Positions 20,685 to 30,435 of a DNA stretch of 64,000 nucleotides are shown one piece after another. Positions within the stretch are counted from its first letter, which is position 1, and every line of letters begins with the position of its first letter. The translations under genes and the position numbers were made by a program. Source of the stretch: an uncultured bacterium (GTDB lineage: Bacteria > Auribacterota > Erginobacteria > Erginobacterales > Erginobacteraceae); contig CAWGIE010000007.1 of assembly GCA_963822585.1 (NCBI GenBank), forward strand, positions 32,001 through 96,000, in the 5' to 3' direction. The notes under the pieces were generated by a model that was not told the origin of the DNA, did not search any database, and saw nothing but the letters and a program-made list of their open reading frames with translations.

Positions 20685-21194
20685 TTAATCCTCTTCTACC
20701 GGTTTCGATGACTCCATCTTCCGTTTTCCTTCCCTGACCACCACCCGGTGGAAAGAGAGATAGGAAAAGATGAGAAAAATGGCACAGGTGACCAGGAGAG
20801 CGATCCCGATATCGATCGGCTGAATCGTTCCCGCCCCCAAAAGATCAATGCTCACCGCGATCTTTTTCCGGAAGAGAAAGTTGGCCAGAAAGTAGCCGCC
20901 CAGGGGAACGGCGATCAAACCGACCAGGAGAAAAAACATGATCCCGGCGGCGGCCAGGGAGACCGTCCGGTCGAGACGGAGCAGTTTCAGACATATTTCT
21001 TTTCCGAACGCGAGCATGAGCAGGATAAAAGCGGAGGCCAGAATAACCCCCCCCGAGAAGCCGCCGCCGGGCGAATGATGCCCGTAGAAAACCTGATAGA
21101 GGCCGAAAACGAGGATGAAACCGGTCACCCAGCGGGTCACGGTCTTGACGATCACGGTCATCCCTCTGGTTTTTTGCGGCTGATCCAGTATCAT
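20685..21194 (-). CDS. mnhB: Mrp/Mnh antiporter subunit B
   Basis: GHHSPGGGFSGG. Confidence 0.85.
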   Translation of the reverse strand: MILDQPQKTRGMTVIVKTVTRWVTGFILVFGLYQVFYGHHSPGGGFSGGVILASAFILLMLAFGKEICLKLLRLDRTVSLAAAGIMFFLLVGLIAVPLGGYFLANFLFRKKIAVSIDLLGAGTIQPIDIGIALLVTCAIFLIFSYLSFHRVVVREGKRKMESSKPVEED

Positions 21195-21757
21195 GATCTC
21201 TCCGCCGGCGGACAGCCGGTATTGTTCTTATGCGCCCGATGACGGAGAAGGGCCAGGACCCCGATCAGAGCGGTGAAAAGAATCGTCCCTTCCCCCAGAG
21301 TGTCGTAGGCCCGGAAATCGATCAGGATCGCGGTAACGACATTGGCGGAACCCGTCTTCGCTAAGCATTCCCGGAGATAGTACATCGCCGGCGCGGATGA
21401 AATCTTCCTCATCACCGGTTCCCCGAAGGCGGGGAGAAACCCGGCAAGCCTCATCCCCACCACCAGAATAACCAGGAGGAGGGCGATCGTGACCACCATC
21501 CCGAAAAATTCCCCCGGTCCCGCGATCGTGGTCAGGTCGCGGCTGATGGTGGCCCGGATCAGGATCACCAGGACCAAAATCTCCACCACCAGCTGGGTGA
21601 TGGCCACATCCGGGGCCTGGAGGAGGAGAAAGGCCACACTCAGTCCGAACCCGGCCGCGCCGACCGAGATGACGGCCGAGAGCAGATCGTGGGTTTCCAC
21701 GGCGATGATGGCGCCGATGATCATGAAGACCAGTAATATGCCGAGAAGCAGTTCCAT
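21191..21757 (-). CDS. MbhD/MbhE-like fused subunit (DUF4040 plus MnhB-like)
   Basis: APDVAITQ and NVVTAILIDFRAYDTLGE. Confidence 0.82.
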   Translation of the reverse strand: MELLLGILLVFMIIGAIIAVETHDLLSAVISVGAAGFGLSVAFLLLQAPDVAITQLVVEILVLVILIRATISRDLTTIAGPGEFFGMVVTIALLLVILVVGMRLAGFLPAFGEPVMRKISSAPAMYYLRECLAKTGSANVVTAILIDFRAYDTLGEGTILFTALIGVLALLRHRAHKNNTGCPPAERS

Positions 21758-23584
21758 TTATCCGGACCCCAGCAGAACCAGCGTTAAAATCAGCAGCCCG
21801 AATACCGCCCAGGTCAGATAGACCGAAAGTATCCCGGTATGCAAACTGCGCAGAAAATCAATGCAATAGAACGTGACCCCGGTCAGCACCGTGTAGATAT
21901 CGAAGACCCCTTTCCCGGCCAGGCGGTACATCACGCGAAGAACCGGCAGATCCCGTATCGTTCCATAGAAGTCGGTTCCGGTCACGCGGTTCCGGGGAGG
22001 GAAATTCCGCTCGCCGCCGATGTAGGGAACGGACTCCCGGAATTTGGCCACGGTCCCCAGCCGGTAAATCAACGCCCCCAGGACCAGGCCGATGACGATC
22101 AAACCGGTGGCCAACCCGGGGCTCCACCAGCCGAGCCAATCCTGGACCGGGCCCAGGCCCGGCACCACTCCGGCCAGAATTCTCTTCAGAGGCAGCGAAT
22201 AGGCGAAGACCCCGAAGAGGACGCAGAGGAAGGCCAGCGTCATCATCGGCACCCACATCATCCAGCCCACCTCGTTCCTTTTTTCATCCGCCCGTTCTCC
22301 TTTCCCCAGGAAGACGGCAAAAAGCAGTTTCATGAAACTGGCCAGGGTGAGGGCGGAACCGAACATGGCCGCGATCAGCCAGATTACCCAGAGGCTGCCC
22401 GCCGGACCGCCCCCCCGCCCCGACTCGATGATACCCTGGTAGATCATCCACTTGGAGACAAAGCCGTTCAGCGGTGGGATCCCGGAGATGGCGAGCGCGG
22501 CGATCAGGAAAGAGATAAAGGTCAGGGGCATCACTTTCACCAGTCCCCCCAGTTTATCGAGCTCGTCGGTCCCGCACTTCCGTTCCACGGCCCCGGAAGT
22601 CAGGAAGAGACAGGCCTTGTAGATGGCGTGGTTGAGCATGTGGAAAATCCCCCCCACGATCCCGATCGGGACTCCGGTCCCGATACCCAGAACCATATAT
22701 CCAACCTGGGAGACGGCATGGTAGGAGAGCAGTTTCTTCATCCGGTGCTGAATCAGAGCCATCATCACCGCCGCGAGCACCGTTATCGCCCCCAGTGCCA
22801 TCAGAATGATCGAGAGGGCGGGGTTGGAGAGCACCTTGAACATTTGGAGAGAGATCCGGACCAGCAGATAAATTCCCAGAAGCTTGTCAAGAGAGGCCGG
22901 CAGAAGAGCCATCACCGGCACCGGCGCCGATTCGGCGCAGGCCGGGATCCAGGTATGGAACGGCATGGCTCCCGCCTTGGCGAAGGCGGCGGAGAGGAGG
23001 CAGAGAAAGGCCAGTATCAGCAGTCCGTTGTCCAGGGGAAGGGAGGATTCACTCATCCGGAATACCCCCGTGTGGAGCCAGACGATAGCCAGGCCGAGAA
23101 GCATCAGAGCGTCCGAGCCGCCGACAATGAGGAAAGTCTTCTTAGCCGCGGGCGCCGCTGACGCGCCGCCCACACCCACCAGCATGTAGAGGGTAATCCC
23201 TACCAGACCCCAAAATACCAGAAGCAAAAGAAGGTTATCGGCCAGGAGAACTCCATTGGTCCCCCCCAGGGTGATCAGCAGATACGCGTAGTATTCCTTT
23301 AAACGGGGGTGACCGGCCATGTACTTGAGCGAATAAAGCACGATCAGGATGCCGAAAAGACCGGCAGCGGGGAGAATGAATCCGCTCAGCTTATCCAGGC
23401 GGAGGAGAAGACTCCCCCCGCATGACCAGGAAAGCGGGACCCGGAAAAAAAGCATGCCCGCCAGGACAAAAACACAGGCTGAGACGAGAAGAGCGATTGC
23501 CTCCGCGAGCCCCTTGATCCGCGAGGGGAGCAGAAGAACCGCCAGACCGGCGGCAATCGGTATGATTATCAGCCAGGGCATCAT
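21758..23584 (-). CDS. Proton-translocating antiporter-like subunit (MbhH/NuoL-like)
   Basis: PFHTWIP, LLSYHAVSQ, HMLNHAIYKACLFL, GIPPLNGFVSK. Confidence 0.85.
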   Translation of the reverse strand: MMPWLIIIPIAAGLAVLLLPSRIKGLAEAIALLVSACVFVLAGMLFFRVPLSWSCGGSLLLRLDKLSGFILPAAGLFGILIVLYSLKYMAGHPRLKEYYAYLLITLGGTNGVLLADNLLLLLVFWGLVGITLYMLVGVGGASAAPAAKKTFLIVGGSDALMLLGLAIVWLHTGVFRMSESSLPLDNGLLILAFLCLLSAAFAKAGAMPFHTWIPACAESAPVPVMALLPASLDKLLGIYLLVRISLQMFKVLSNPALSIILMALGAITVLAAVMMALIQHRMKKLLSYHAVSQVGYMVLGIGTGVPIGIVGGIFHMLNHAIYKACLFLTSGAVERKCGTDELDKLGGLVKVMPLTFISFLIAALAISGIPPLNGFVSKWMIYQGIIESGRGGGPAGSLWVIWLIAAMFGSALTLASFMKLLFAVFLGKGERADEKRNEVGWMMWVPMMTLAFLCVLFGVFAYSLPLKRILAGVVPGLGPVQDWLGWWSPGLATGLIVIGLVLGALIYRLGTVAKFRESVPYIGGERNFPPRNRVTGTDFYGTIRDLPVLRVMYRLAGKGVFDIYTVLTGVTFYCIDFLRSLHTGILSVYLTWAVFGLLILTLVLLGSG

Positions 23585-23594
23585 AAGATCTATT

Positions 23595-23700
23595 TAATGT
23601 TTAAAGTGTAAGGTGTAAAGACCCCGGCATTCCAGCCCCTCTCGCCGGCCGGGGCGGTTTTTCACCGGCACTTTACACTTCATACATTACACTTTACACT
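23595..23700. repeat. Inverted (TGTAAAG)n / (CTTTACA)n arms without a gene
   Basis: Same heptamer as the arms flanking the four-helix-bundle gene; ~45-bp spacer. Confidence 0.85.
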
Positions 23701-24903
23701 CCGTAGGGTGCTTTCCGGCTCGACACCAAGCTCATGGGCCACGGTCATGGTTTTCTCTCTCGACAGCCGGAGAAGGTCCCGGGAACTCAGGACGGCATTG
23801 CCCGCTCCATCCCGGGCGACTGCCATCCGTTCGGTACAGCAGTAACAGGGATCGACCGCCGCCAAAATGATGGTGGCGTCGGCGACCGTTCCGCCCCGGA
23901 CGGAAATATAGTTCGTGGGCAGGTTCATATAGCTGGGGGCACGGACCTTGTAGCGGACCGGCATCGAGCTGCCGTCGCTCAGGATATAATGGAATGTCTC
24001 GCCTCGCGGAGCCTCATGACGGCCGATCCCCTCCCCCGGCGGCAGGTCTTTGACCCGGCAGTCGAACTCTCCTCCCGGAAGATTTTTCAGGCACTGCTCG
24101 ACGATCTTGACCGATTCGTACATCTCCAGGATCCGAACCACCGCCTTATCGAAGACATCCCCGTTCTGGGTCACGATCACCTTCCAGTCCACCCGGTCAT
24201 AAACGCCGTAGGGGTCGTCCCGCCGGACATCGATGTCCACCCCCGAAGCCCGGGCGGTCGGCCCCAGAGCCCCGGTCTTGATGATGTCCTCTTTCGTCAG
24301 CACCCCCACTCCTTTCAGGCGGGCGTGGAGAACGGGGTCGTCCGAAGCCGCCTTCAGGAAAAGATCCAGGGACGGTTTCAGGGCGTCCAGCGTCTCCAGG
24401 ATCCAGGGGATATCGTCATTGTTGAGGTCGCGGCGGACACCGCCGACCTTCATCATGGCATAATGATTGCGGTTCCCGCTGATCTTCTCCATGATATCCA
24501 GGATCGGTTCCCGCGACTTCCAGACCCACATCCAGAGGGTGTTATAGCCGAGGAAGTGGCCGGCCAGACCAAGCCAGAGAAGATGGCTGTGGATCCGCTC
24601 CAACTCCCCGATGACGGTGCGGATATAGAGGGCCCGTTCCGGGGCGGTAAAGCCGGCCAGGTCCTCCATCGCGTTCACCGAAGCGATCGGATGGCTGGTG
24701 GAACAGATCCCGCAGATCCGTTCCACCAGGAAGACCACCTGGTCGTACGTCTTCGACTCGGCCAGTTTCTCGATCCCCCGGTGGTTGTACCCGATGTTGA
24801 TAACGAGTTCCTCCACCCGCTCCCCGTCCACGTGAAGCTCGAAGAACTCCGGCTCCTCCTGGAGGGGATGATAGGGACCGATGGGTATTATGGTTTTAGC
24901 CAT
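23680..24903 (-). CDS. Group 4 [NiFe]-hydrogenase large subunit (MbhL-like)
   Basis: L1 ERICGICS and L2 DPCYCCTER Ni-binding motifs; C-terminal extension. Confidence 0.92.
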   Translation of the reverse strand: MAKTIIPIGPYHPLQEEPEFFELHVDGERVEELVINIGYNHRGIEKLAESKTYDQVVFLVERICGICSTSHPIASVNAMEDLAGFTAPERALYIRTVIGELERIHSHLLWLGLAGHFLGYNTLWMWVWKSREPILDIMEKISGNRNHYAMMKVGGVRRDLNNDDIPWILETLDALKPSLDLFLKAASDDPVLHARLKGVGVLTKEDIIKTGALGPTARASGVDIDVRRDDPYGVYDRVDWKVIVTQNGDVFDKAVVRILEMYESVKIVEQCLKNLPGGEFDCRVKDLPPGEGIGRHEAPRGETFHYILSDGSSMPVRYKVRAPSYMNLPTNYISVRGGTVADATIILAAVDPCYCCTERMAVARDGAGNAVLSSRDLLRLSREKTMTVAHELGVEPESTLRSVKCNV

Positions 24904-24956
24904 GATCGTGTGCTTATCTTCCGGGGTAAAACGCCCGGGATATTTATGGTGTTCTT

Positions 24957-25053
24957 TTCAACGTTGAACATTCAACGTTCAACTTTCAACGTTGAACCTG
25001 CCTATCGTCCGGCCCGTTTATCGTTGGACGTTGAACGTTGGACGTTGAACGTT
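24957..25053. repeat. Inverted (TTCAACG)n / (CGTTGAA)n arms
   Basis: Heptamer arrays in opposite orientation; related arrays at 16010-16050, 16372-16413, 27211-27319. Confidence 0.85.
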
Positions 25054-25514
25054 TATTCTTTTACCCTGTTTCCTTCCTCCCCAAAATTTTTTCGCAGGGG
25101 GTAGACTCCTTCCGGCCAGTCCTCGCTGAGCAGCAGTCGCCGCAGATCGGGGCGTCCCCGGAACCTGATCCCGAACAATTCACCCATTTCGCGCTCGATC
25201 CAGTCGGCGGCAGGGACTATCTCGGTGATCGAATCGACCTCCGGATCCTTTTTCCCCAGCTTGACCCGGAGCGAGAGGATGACACCGCTCCGGTCCAGCG
25301 AAAAATGGTAGAGGATCTGAAAACCGGCCAGTGTCTGGACCGCCGCCGCGGTGGCGAACCGGGCTTTTAGTTCATGAAAGATATATCCGGCTATCTCCCG
25401 TAAAGACCCCGGATCGATCCCGGCGTAGAGACGGCGGGGATTTTTCTCCTCCCACTTTAAAATTTTCTCTGAAAATTTTAAAGTGAGGTTATTTTTCAGC
25501 TGCGAAGCATCCAT
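25053..25514 (-). CDS. NuoC/MbhK-like subunit
   Basis: ADWIEREMGELFGIRF.G.PDLRRLLL..DWP.GVYPLRK. Confidence 0.88.
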   Translation of the reverse strand: MDASQLKNNLTLKFSEKILKWEEKNPRRLYAGIDPGSLREIAGYIFHELKARFATAAAVQTLAGFQILYHFSLDRSGVILSLRVKLGKKDPEVDSITEIVPAADWIEREMGELFGIRFRGRPDLRRLLLSEDWPEGVYPLRKNFGEEGNRVKE

Positions 25515-25644
25515 CGGAATTCTAATAAGCAAAAATTATTGTGTCGGCGTGAACGGTTGGATTTAAACTAATCAAAACAGTGTTAATGATTCCTTTTTAT
25601 CGTACAAGAGAATAACTCACTAAATTAGCGGCGAAGCCGCTAAT

Positions 25645-26079
25645 TTATTTTTTACTTAATTTCTGTTTGACCACCTCGAGCGCCTTTACCAGACCCAGGA
25701 TCATCTCTTCCGGCTTGGGCGGACAGCCCGGAACGTAAACGTCGACCGGGAGGTACCGATCGACCGGCTCGGGGGCGTTATAGCTGCCGTGGAAGATCCC
25801 CTGGTCCATCGAACAGGCCCCGAAGGCCACCACCGCGCAGGGCTTGGCCATCGCCTCGTAAACTTCCCGCGCCCGGGGCATCGCCTTGCGGGTCATCGCT
25901 CCCGTTACCAGGAGAACGTCGGCATGGCGGGGGCTTCCCACCAGGACTACTCCGAAACGTTCCGCGTCAAACCGCGGGGTCAGCGTATCCAGGATCTCGA
26001 TATCGCAGTTGTTGCACGACCCGGTGCTGAGATGAAAGACCCAGGGTGACTTCAACAATGCTTTTTGTTTTAAATTCAT
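25645..26079 (-). CDS. [NiFe]-hydrogenase small subunit (NuoB/MbhJ-like)
   Basis: SCNNCDIE, SPRHAD, GAC, VPGCPPKP. Confidence 0.9.
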   Translation of the reverse strand: MNLKQKALLKSPWVFHLSTGSCNNCDIEILDTLTPRFDAERFGVVLVGSPRHADVLLVTGAMTRKAMPRAREVYEAMAKPCAVVAFGACSMDQGIFHGSYNAPEPVDRYLPVDVYVPGCPPKPEEMILGLVKALEVVKQKLSKK

Positions 26080-26186
26080 ATTACCAAGACATCGTTTCAA
26101 AATACCTTAACAAGAAATTCCAAATCCCAAGCACCAAATACCAAATAAATTCAAAATCACAATATCCAAAATTCCAAATAAAAAAG

Positions 26187-27119
26187 CTATAACCCAAGTA
26201 ATGCTAAAACCATCGCAATTATTGAAAGCGCGAACATGGGGCCCCAGAAAAACTTGACCGCCTGGTCGATCCGGAGGCGCGGGTTGGTGTTCTTGATCAG
26301 GATAACAATAACCAGAATCAACACGTATTTCAAGATCCCGCTCAGGATATGCCAGCCGGAGAAGTCTATCCCCCCCATGAACACAACCACCAGGAGAAAC
26401 GGGACCACGAAGAGCATCATCAGCCGGGTCAGCTTATAAACTGCCAGTGTCGGACCGGAATACTCCAGGTAGGGGCCGGAGACGATCTCGGTCTCCGCCT
26501 CCGGGATATCGAAGGGGATCAGTGTCAGCTTGGCCTGCTGGCAGATCAGGGCTACAATAAAAGCCAGTATCCCTGAGATGCTTCCCAGGAAGATGCCGTG
26601 CGCCCCCTGAAAGGAGATGAGCCCTCCGATCTTGATCGATCCGGATTGGGCGACCGGGACCAGGAGCGCCAGAACAAAGGGCAATTCGTACGCCAGGATC
26701 AGCTTCATCTCCCGGCTCGCCCCCAGGGCGGCCAGGGGGTTTCGGGACGCGAATCCGCCGATGATCACCGCCGTCGCGGGAATGGTAAGAAGGTAGAGGA
26801 CGACGATCAGGTCGCCGACAAAGGAAGTGGCCGGGGTGAGGTCGCTCAGCCAGAGGATCATTGAGACGATTACCACCGCCCCCAGCCCGAAGAGCGGAGA
26901 GAGGAGGAAGACGGTCCGGGAACTGCCCGAGGGGATGATCGTCTCCTTACCCATCAGCTTCAGGAAATCGGCAAAGGATTGATACCAGGGAGGCCCGACC
27001 CGCCACTGGACCCGGGCCGAAACCTTCCGGTCCACCCATCCCGCCAGGCAGCCGACCACGGCGGTGAAGATGAAACCGGGAAAAATCAGGAAATAAAATA
27101 GCCAGATCAATGCATCCAT
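26187..27119 (-). CDS. NuoH/MbhM-like membrane subunit
   Basis: DRKVSARVQWRVGPP; PFDIPEAETE..EYSG; PRLRIDQ. Confidence 0.9.
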   Translation of the reverse strand: MDALIWLFYFLIFPGFIFTAVVGCLAGWVDRKVSARVQWRVGPPWYQSFADFLKLMGKETIIPSGSSRTVFLLSPLFGLGAVVIVSMILWLSDLTPATSFVGDLIVVLYLLTIPATAVIIGGFASRNPLAALGASREMKLILAYELPFVLALLVPVAQSGSIKIGGLISFQGAHGIFLGSISGILAFIVALICQQAKLTLIPFDIPEAETEIVSGPYLEYSGPTLAVYKLTRLMMLFVVPFLLVVVFMGGIDFSGWHILSGILKYVLILVIVILIKNTNPRLRIDQAVKFFWGPMFALSIIAMVLALLGL

Positions 27120-27225
27120 GATTCGCTTTTCAGACGACGTTCAATTATCTTCCCCCCAACCTCGCCCCCTGAAAAAAACAGACGATTGAATGTGATTGAA
27201 TAAGGATTTGCGTTCGAAGTTCGAA

Positions 27226-27257
<32 letters not shown>

Positions 27258-27329
27258 AGTTTTTACCCCCGTTCTCGCCATTGAACGTTGAATGTTGAGC
27301 GTTGAACGTTGAATGTTCATTCTTTGATA

Positions 27330-27812
27330 TCACACGTCCCCCGTCTTCCAGGCGATCGCTTTCACCAGGAGATGGTCGTTGACCTGGTAAATCCCCTCTT
27401 TCTCATCCTCCTCGTAATCGCCGAAGAGGATCGCCCCCTCCGGGGCGCTCCGGACGCAGAGGGGGATTTCCCCTTCCGGCAGCCGGTCCAGGCAGTAATC
27501 GCAGACCGACGTCTTCATCGGGATATATTCCGGGATGATCGTCCCGAAAGGGCAGGCGGCGGCACAGGAGTAACAGTTCGAACAGCGCAGCACGAACCTC
27601 CTGACCACTTCGTTCTCCTCCTTCTCCAGGGCATCCTGGGGACACGCCTGAACGCAGGTGCCGAGTTCGCAGTGCCGGCAGATCAGAAAGAAGGTCCCTT
27701 TCTCGATCAGCTCGACCACCCCTCGGTTATCCGGGTGATCGCTGTAGGAGCAGGCGATATCCGCCGGCTCCAGCTTCCGCAACTTCTCTAAATCTAACAG
27801 CAGACGTTTCAC
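27330..27812 (-). CDS. 4Fe-4S dicluster electron-transfer protein (DmsB/HycB-like)
   Basis: CRHC..CVQACP, CSNCYSCAAACPFG, CDYC; probable GTG start. Confidence 0.82.
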   Translation of the reverse strand: MKRLLLDLEKLRKLEPADIACSYSDHPDNRGVVELIEKGTFFLICRHCELGTCVQACPQDALEKEENEVVRRFVLRCSNCYSCAAACPFGTIIPEYIPMKTSVCDYCLDRLPEGEIPLCVRSAPEGAILFGDYEEDEKEGIYQVNDHLLVKAIAWKTGDV

Positions 27813-27813
27813 G

Positions 27814-28644
27814 CTAATCCCAGATCCCTTCCAAATCCTTGATTTTATCAAAGGTCAGAACCGGGCCGTCCTGGCAGACGAAATACGGCCCCAGCCGGCA
27901 GTGCCCGCATTTCCCGATCCCGCAGCTCATGTTCTTTTCCATCGAGAGGTAGATCGCCTCGGGGGGATACCCCACCTCCGCGGCCAGCTTGAAAGTGACA
28001 AACTTCATCATGATCGGAGGGCCGCAGACAACCGCCAGACTCTCCCGGATGGTCAAACCCAGCTCATCCAAAGTGGTGGTCACCAGCCCGACGTTTCCCT
28101 GCCACCGCTGTCCTTCGGGCACCTTGTCCACCGTCACCCGGATGGAGATGTTTTTATGCAGGGCCGGCCATTCCTTCATGACTTTCTCTTTGTAGATCAG
28201 GTCTTCCGGCGAGCGCGCCCCGCAACAGAAAAGGATTTTCTTATAGGCGTCAACATCATGGGCCAGTGCCAGGAAGAGCGCCCGAAGGGGCGCCAGCCCG
28301 ACGCCGCCGCCGACCAGAAGGATCTCTTTTCCCCGGTACGTCTCCAGGGGATATTCTTTCCCGAACGGCCCCCGCAAGCCGACCACCGATCCCGGCTTCA
28401 TCTCGTGCAGCCGTTCCGTCACCGCTCCGACTCGCATGATGGTGACCTCCAGCCTCTCCGTCTCAAAGGGCGACGAAGAAGGCGTGAAAGGGGCTTCCCC
28501 CAGGCCGGGGACGGTGATGCCGACAAACTGCCCCGCCCGGAAGGTGAATTTCTCCGCCGGCTTAAAGACAAATGTTTTGATCGTGGGAGATTCCGTAATC
28601 ACCTCCTCGATCTCGGCCGGTATCGGCTGATAAGGATTCTTCAT
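27814..28644 (-). CDS. FAD/NAD(P)-binding subunit with 2Fe-2S (AsrB/sulfhydrogenase gamma-like)
   Basis: RGPFG, GGGVGLAPLR, CGPPIMM, MSCGIGKCGHC..CQDGPV. Confidence 0.9.
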   Translation of the reverse strand: MKNPYQPIPAEIEEVITESPTIKTFVFKPAEKFTFRAGQFVGITVPGLGEAPFTPSSSPFETERLEVTIMRVGAVTERLHEMKPGSVVGLRGPFGKEYPLETYRGKEILLVGGGVGLAPLRALFLALAHDVDAYKKILFCCGARSPEDLIYKEKVMKEWPALHKNISIRVTVDKVPEGQRWQGNVGLVTTTLDELGLTIRESLAVVCGPPIMMKFVTFKLAAEVGYPPEAIYLSMEKNMSCGIGKCGHCRLGPYFVCQDGPVLTFDKIKDLEGIWD

Positions 28645-28645
28645 C

Positions 28646-29115
28646 AGAGTGGAATGTGTAAAGTGTAAAGTGTAAAGCGGTCAGACTTTCTTGATCAGAC
28701 CGACTATCATATTTCCGAGCGCCACACATTCACCGCGCAATTCTTTCATCTTTTTATCGGTGATATCCTCGGTTTTATGAAGAACCGAAATTGAAGGGAT
28801 GCATTCCCTTATCGAAGTTAACGAGTAGCTATAAAAGCGGCTTTTATCACCCTTACTTATTTTGCCGCTTCCTTCCGCTATATTATTTATAAAGGACATC
28901 GCAGCCCGGATAAAATTACCCCCGACGGTATACCGCAGACAGGCGGGCAAATCTTTAACAACAGCGCAAACCTTACAAACAAACTCCAGACCCCTTTGAT
29001 AGACATTCAATCTCTCGAAGTCAAAAATATAACCCTCATTCTCCTGTGCATTCATGTAATCCTAAGCCATTGGCCACATCAATCATTACACTTTACACTT
29101 TTAACTTTACACTCA
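28646..29115 (-). mobile_element. Putative insertion unit: four-helix-bundle gene between inverted heptamer arms
   Basis: (TGTAAAG)n at 28646-28679 and (CTTTACA)n at 29084-29115; CTGA repeated on both sides on the minus strand. Confidence 0.55.
28681..29055 (-). CDS. Four helix bundle protein (23S rRNA IVS-type)
   Basis: FDFERLNVYQ..RAAMSFINNIAEGSG..RFY..S..S.REC. Confidence 0.88.
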   Translation of the reverse strand: MNAQENEGYIFDFERLNVYQRGLEFVCKVCAVVKDLPACLRYTVGGNFIRAAMSFINNIAEGSGKISKGDKSRFYSYSLTSIRECIPSISVLHKTEDITDKKMKELRGECVALGNMIVGLIKKV

Positions 29116-30150
29116 GGAAGATTTTAGCCTCGCTAAAATCTTCCTGATATCGATCTTCCCCATGCAGGCCTCGAAACAGCGGCCGCAGCCCGTGCAGGCG
29201 ATCACGCCGGCTACGTCCGGAAAAAACTGGAATTTCTTGGAAAAACGGTTACTGAGCCGTTCCGATCGTTTCGGGCGCGGGTTGGCGCCCCCGGCCACCC
29301 GGGGGAAGCCCGGGTACTGGCAAGAGTCCCAGTTCCGGTACTTGAGCGACCCTCCGGCGGCGCCCACCTCTTCCAGGATGAAACAGTGACAGGTGGGGCA
29401 GACCAGGTTGCAGGCCCCGCATTCGACACAGGGGAGCGCCTCCTCCTGCCAGAGCGGGTCGGCGCTTTTGGTCCGGACCTCATCCGCGGAGGGGGCTTTC
29501 TCGATCTGGCCCTGTTCGGAGAGCTGTTTTTTTAAATCCGAGAGAACCTTCGCCCGGTGTCTGTCCCTATCCTGCAGCTCTTCGGGCGTCGCCGGACGGA
29601 AAGCGTCCCCCCCTTCTCCGATCAGCTTTTCGCCCCGTTCGCTTCCGGCCTCGACCAGGTATCCGTCGGCCAGTTCCGTCAGGTTGAGATCGAATCCTTC
29701 CCGGGGAAAGGGCTCCCTCCCCACGACCGGGCAGAAGCAGACCTCCTTGAATCCGGTACAGTCACCCGAAACGAGGATCGTCTTCTCCCTCATCTCCCTG
29801 TAAAACGGGTCGGGACACTCACCTTCCCGGAATATGTAGTCAAGGACCGGGAGGCAGGCCAGATCACAGGCTTTCAATCCGAAGACGATCCGTTCCCGCC
29901 CGGATCCGTACTTATCAATCTTGGCGGGAAGGCTGGCCACGACCACCCGTTCCGGAAAGAGAAAATTTTTCAGTGATTCCACCGCGCGGTAGGGGGAAAT
30001 AGCGGCGGCATCTTCGCTCTCCCCATCCCACTTGACAAACCGCCAGTCGCCGTTGATCTGACGGGGGTAATAAAGATCGCGATCCCGGGCCAACCCGGTC
30101 AGAAAGCCGGGGAAAGCCTCCCGGGAAAGAAAATAGCGTTTCCGTTCCAT
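29113..30150 (-). CDS. 4Fe-4S dicluster subunit (AsrA/sulfhydrogenase beta-like)
   Basis: GLKACDL, CVECGACNLVCPTCHCF, RNWDSC, CTGCGRCFEAC. Confidence 0.88.
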   Translation of the reverse strand: MERKRYFLSREAFPGFLTGLARDRDLYYPRQINGDWRFVKWDGESEDAAAISPYRAVESLKNFLFPERVVVASLPAKIDKYGSGRERIVFGLKACDLACLPVLDYIFREGECPDPFYREMREKTILVSGDCTGFKEVCFCPVVGREPFPREGFDLNLTELADGYLVEAGSERGEKLIGEGGDAFRPATPEELQDRDRHRAKVLSDLKKQLSEQGQIEKAPSADEVRTKSADPLWQEEALPCVECGACNLVCPTCHCFILEEVGAAGGSLKYRNWDSCQYPGFPRVAGGANPRPKRSERLSNRFSKKFQFFPDVAGVIACTGCGRCFEACMGKIDIRKILARLKSS

Positions 30151-30435
30151 TAAGTTGATCCCGATTACTGGGCTTTACCCCGCTTTATTTATAAATCGGG
30201 GTAGTTCTGAACCATGACAAAGATTACATAAACAGCCACGAAATAATATCGATCTTATCGAGTTCATCGGCAATACATGACCGCCAAAGGTCTATTTCTA
30301 CCGGCAACGTTAACAGAAAGAATAACACGTTGTCCTTCCGGAGAAGAAAAGAAAGTTACTGTAGTCGTATAAGTAAGATTGCAATCCCCAATACATTGAA
30401 GAAAAATTAGTAATCTGGGTTAACCATGAGAATAT

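Noticed and set aside
21839..25104. Long plus-strand ORFs (440 aa, 456 aa) and similar antisense ORFs elsewhere
   Set aside because: Shadow frames opposite well-supported GC-rich genes; no motifs.
16488..27119. Respiratory complex I (nuo) operon
   Set aside because: The large subunit has both Ni-binding CxxC motifs, Mrp subunits are present, and NuoEFG/A/J are absent.
30176..30430. AT-rich spacer between rex and the AsrA-like gene as another decayed four-helix-bundle gene
   Set aside because: Only a faint RVILSVNVAG resemblance; cannot be supported without a profile search.
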